A DNA stretch of 64,000 nucleotides from Balanoglossus misakiensis (Eukaryota; Animalia; Hemichordata): NCBI GenBank assembly GCA_040954595.2, contig CM082586.2, forward strand, positions 4,758,409-4,822,408, written 5' to 3'. Position 1 is the first letter of the stretch; the number at the start of each line of letters is the position of its first letter. Under the pieces are notes generated by a model. The model was given only the letters and a program-made list of their open reading frames with translations, did not search any database and was not told where the DNA came from. Of this stretch, positions 62,601 to 64,000 are shown piece after piece. The position numbers and the translations under genes were made by a program.

Positions 62601-64000
62601 ACCATGGGTTATAGCTCAGGAAAATCGCGAAAAATCGACCATTTTTCGACTTTGGGAATTTTCAAAATTTGGTCATTTTTTGATAAAAACCATGGGTTAT
62701 AGCTCAGGAAAATCGCGAAAAATCGACCATTTTTCGACTTTGGGAATTTTGAAAATTTGGTCATTTTTGATAAAAACCATGGGTTATAGCTCAGGGAAAA
62801 TCGCGAAAAATCGACCATTTTTCGACTTTGGGAATTTTGAAAATTTGGTCATTTTTTGATAAAAACCATGGGTTATAGCTCAGGAAAATCGCGAAAAATC
62901 GACCATTTTTCGACTTTGGGAATTTTCAAAATTTGGTCATTTTTTGATAAAAACCATGGGTTATAGCTCAGAAAAATCGCGAAAAATCGACCATTTTTCG
63001 ACTTTGGTAATTTTCAAAATTTGGTCATTTTTTGATAAAAACCATGGGTTATAGCTCAGGAAAATCGCGAAAAATCGACCATTTTTCGACTTTGGTAATT
63101 TTCAAAATTTGGTCATTTTTTGATAAAAACCATGGGTTATAGCTCAGGAAAATCGCGAAAAATCGACCATTTTCGACTTTGGGAATTTTCAAAATTTGGT
63201 CATTTTTTGATAAAAACCATGGGTTATAGCTCAGGAAAATCGCGAAAAATCGACCATTTTTCGACTTTGGGAATTTTCAAAATTTGGTCATTTTTTCATA
63301 AAAACCATGGGTTATAGCTCAGGAAAATCGCAAAAATCGACCATTTTTCTACATTGGGAATTTTCAAAATTTGGTCATTTTTTGATAAAAACCATGGGTT
63401 ATAGCTCAGAAAAACGCAAAAAATCGACCATTTTTCTACTTTAGGAATTTTCAAAATTTTGTCATTTTTTGATAAAAACCATGGGTTATAGCTCAGGAAA
63501 ATCGCGAAAATCGACCATTTTTCTACTTTGGGAGTTTTCAAAATTTGGTCATTTTTTGACAAAAACCATGGGTTATAGCTCAGGAAAATCGCGAAAAATC
63601 GACCATTTTTCGACTTTGGGAATTTTCAAAATTTGGTTCATTTTTTGATAAAAACCATGGGTTATAGCTCAGGAAAATCGCGAAAATCGACCATTTTTCG
63701 ACTTTGGGAATTTTCAAAATTTGGTCATTTTTTGATAAAAACCATGGGTTATAGCTCAGGAAAATCGCGAAAATCGACCATTTTTCGACTTTGGAATTTT
63801 CAAAATTTGGTCATTTTTGATAAAAACCATGGGTTATAGCTCAGGAAAATCGCAAAAAATCGACCATTTTTCTACTTTGGGAATTTTCAAAATTTGGTCA
63901 TTTTTTGATAAAAACCCATGGGTTATAGCTCAGGAAAATCGCAAAAAATCGACCATTTTTCTACTTTGGGGAATTTTCAAAATTTGGTCATTTTTTGATA
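59692..64000 (-). repeat. Same 88-bp satellite in inverted orientation, ~49 copies, running off the window
   Basis: Reverse-complement monomer (AAAAACCATGGGTTATAGCTCAGGAAAATCGCGAAAAATCGACC...) with frequent +/-1 homopolymer indels. Confidence 0.98.

Noticed and set aside
56195-63839. Many ORFs such as IKTMGYSSGKSRKIDHF...
   Set aside because: They are translations of the 88-bp satellite and open only where indels shift the frame.
46591-64000. CRISPR array
   Set aside because: Head-to-tail near-identical monomers with no unique spacers, no cas genes and a eukaryotic context.

Overview
Eukaryotic, most likely invertebrate metazoan, genomic DNA. This is an inference from GT-AG splice signals, microsatellites, MITEs and abundant CpG. 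No protein-coding gene can be supported: every ORF in the track is short, repeat-derived or lacks a recognisable domain. The window has three zones. (1) 1-41.7 kb is a gene-poor or intronic region. It holds two non-autonomous DNA transposons (one AcademH-like with a 9-10 bp TSD), several microsatellites, candidate promoters (~2.35 kb, a triple-CRE cluster at ~8.2-8.4 kb, an ETS-CRE at ~26.2 kb) and many POU octamers. (2) ~41.8-46.6 kb is a putative spliced, polyadenylated non-coding transcription unit on the + strand. It is built from duplicated exon/intron modules, contains a 127-bp minisatellite, and has a ~1.05-kb tandem duplication of its 3' end. (3) 46.6-64 kb is a highly homogeneous 88-bp A-tract satellite: about 149 forward copies with 29-, 13- and 4-mer higher-order structure, then an abrupt strand switch at ~59,693 and about 49 inverted, indel-rich copies. 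The most notable arrangement is a lncRNA-like unit pointing directly into a satellite array that then inverts. All coordinates were read by eye and no database searches were run.
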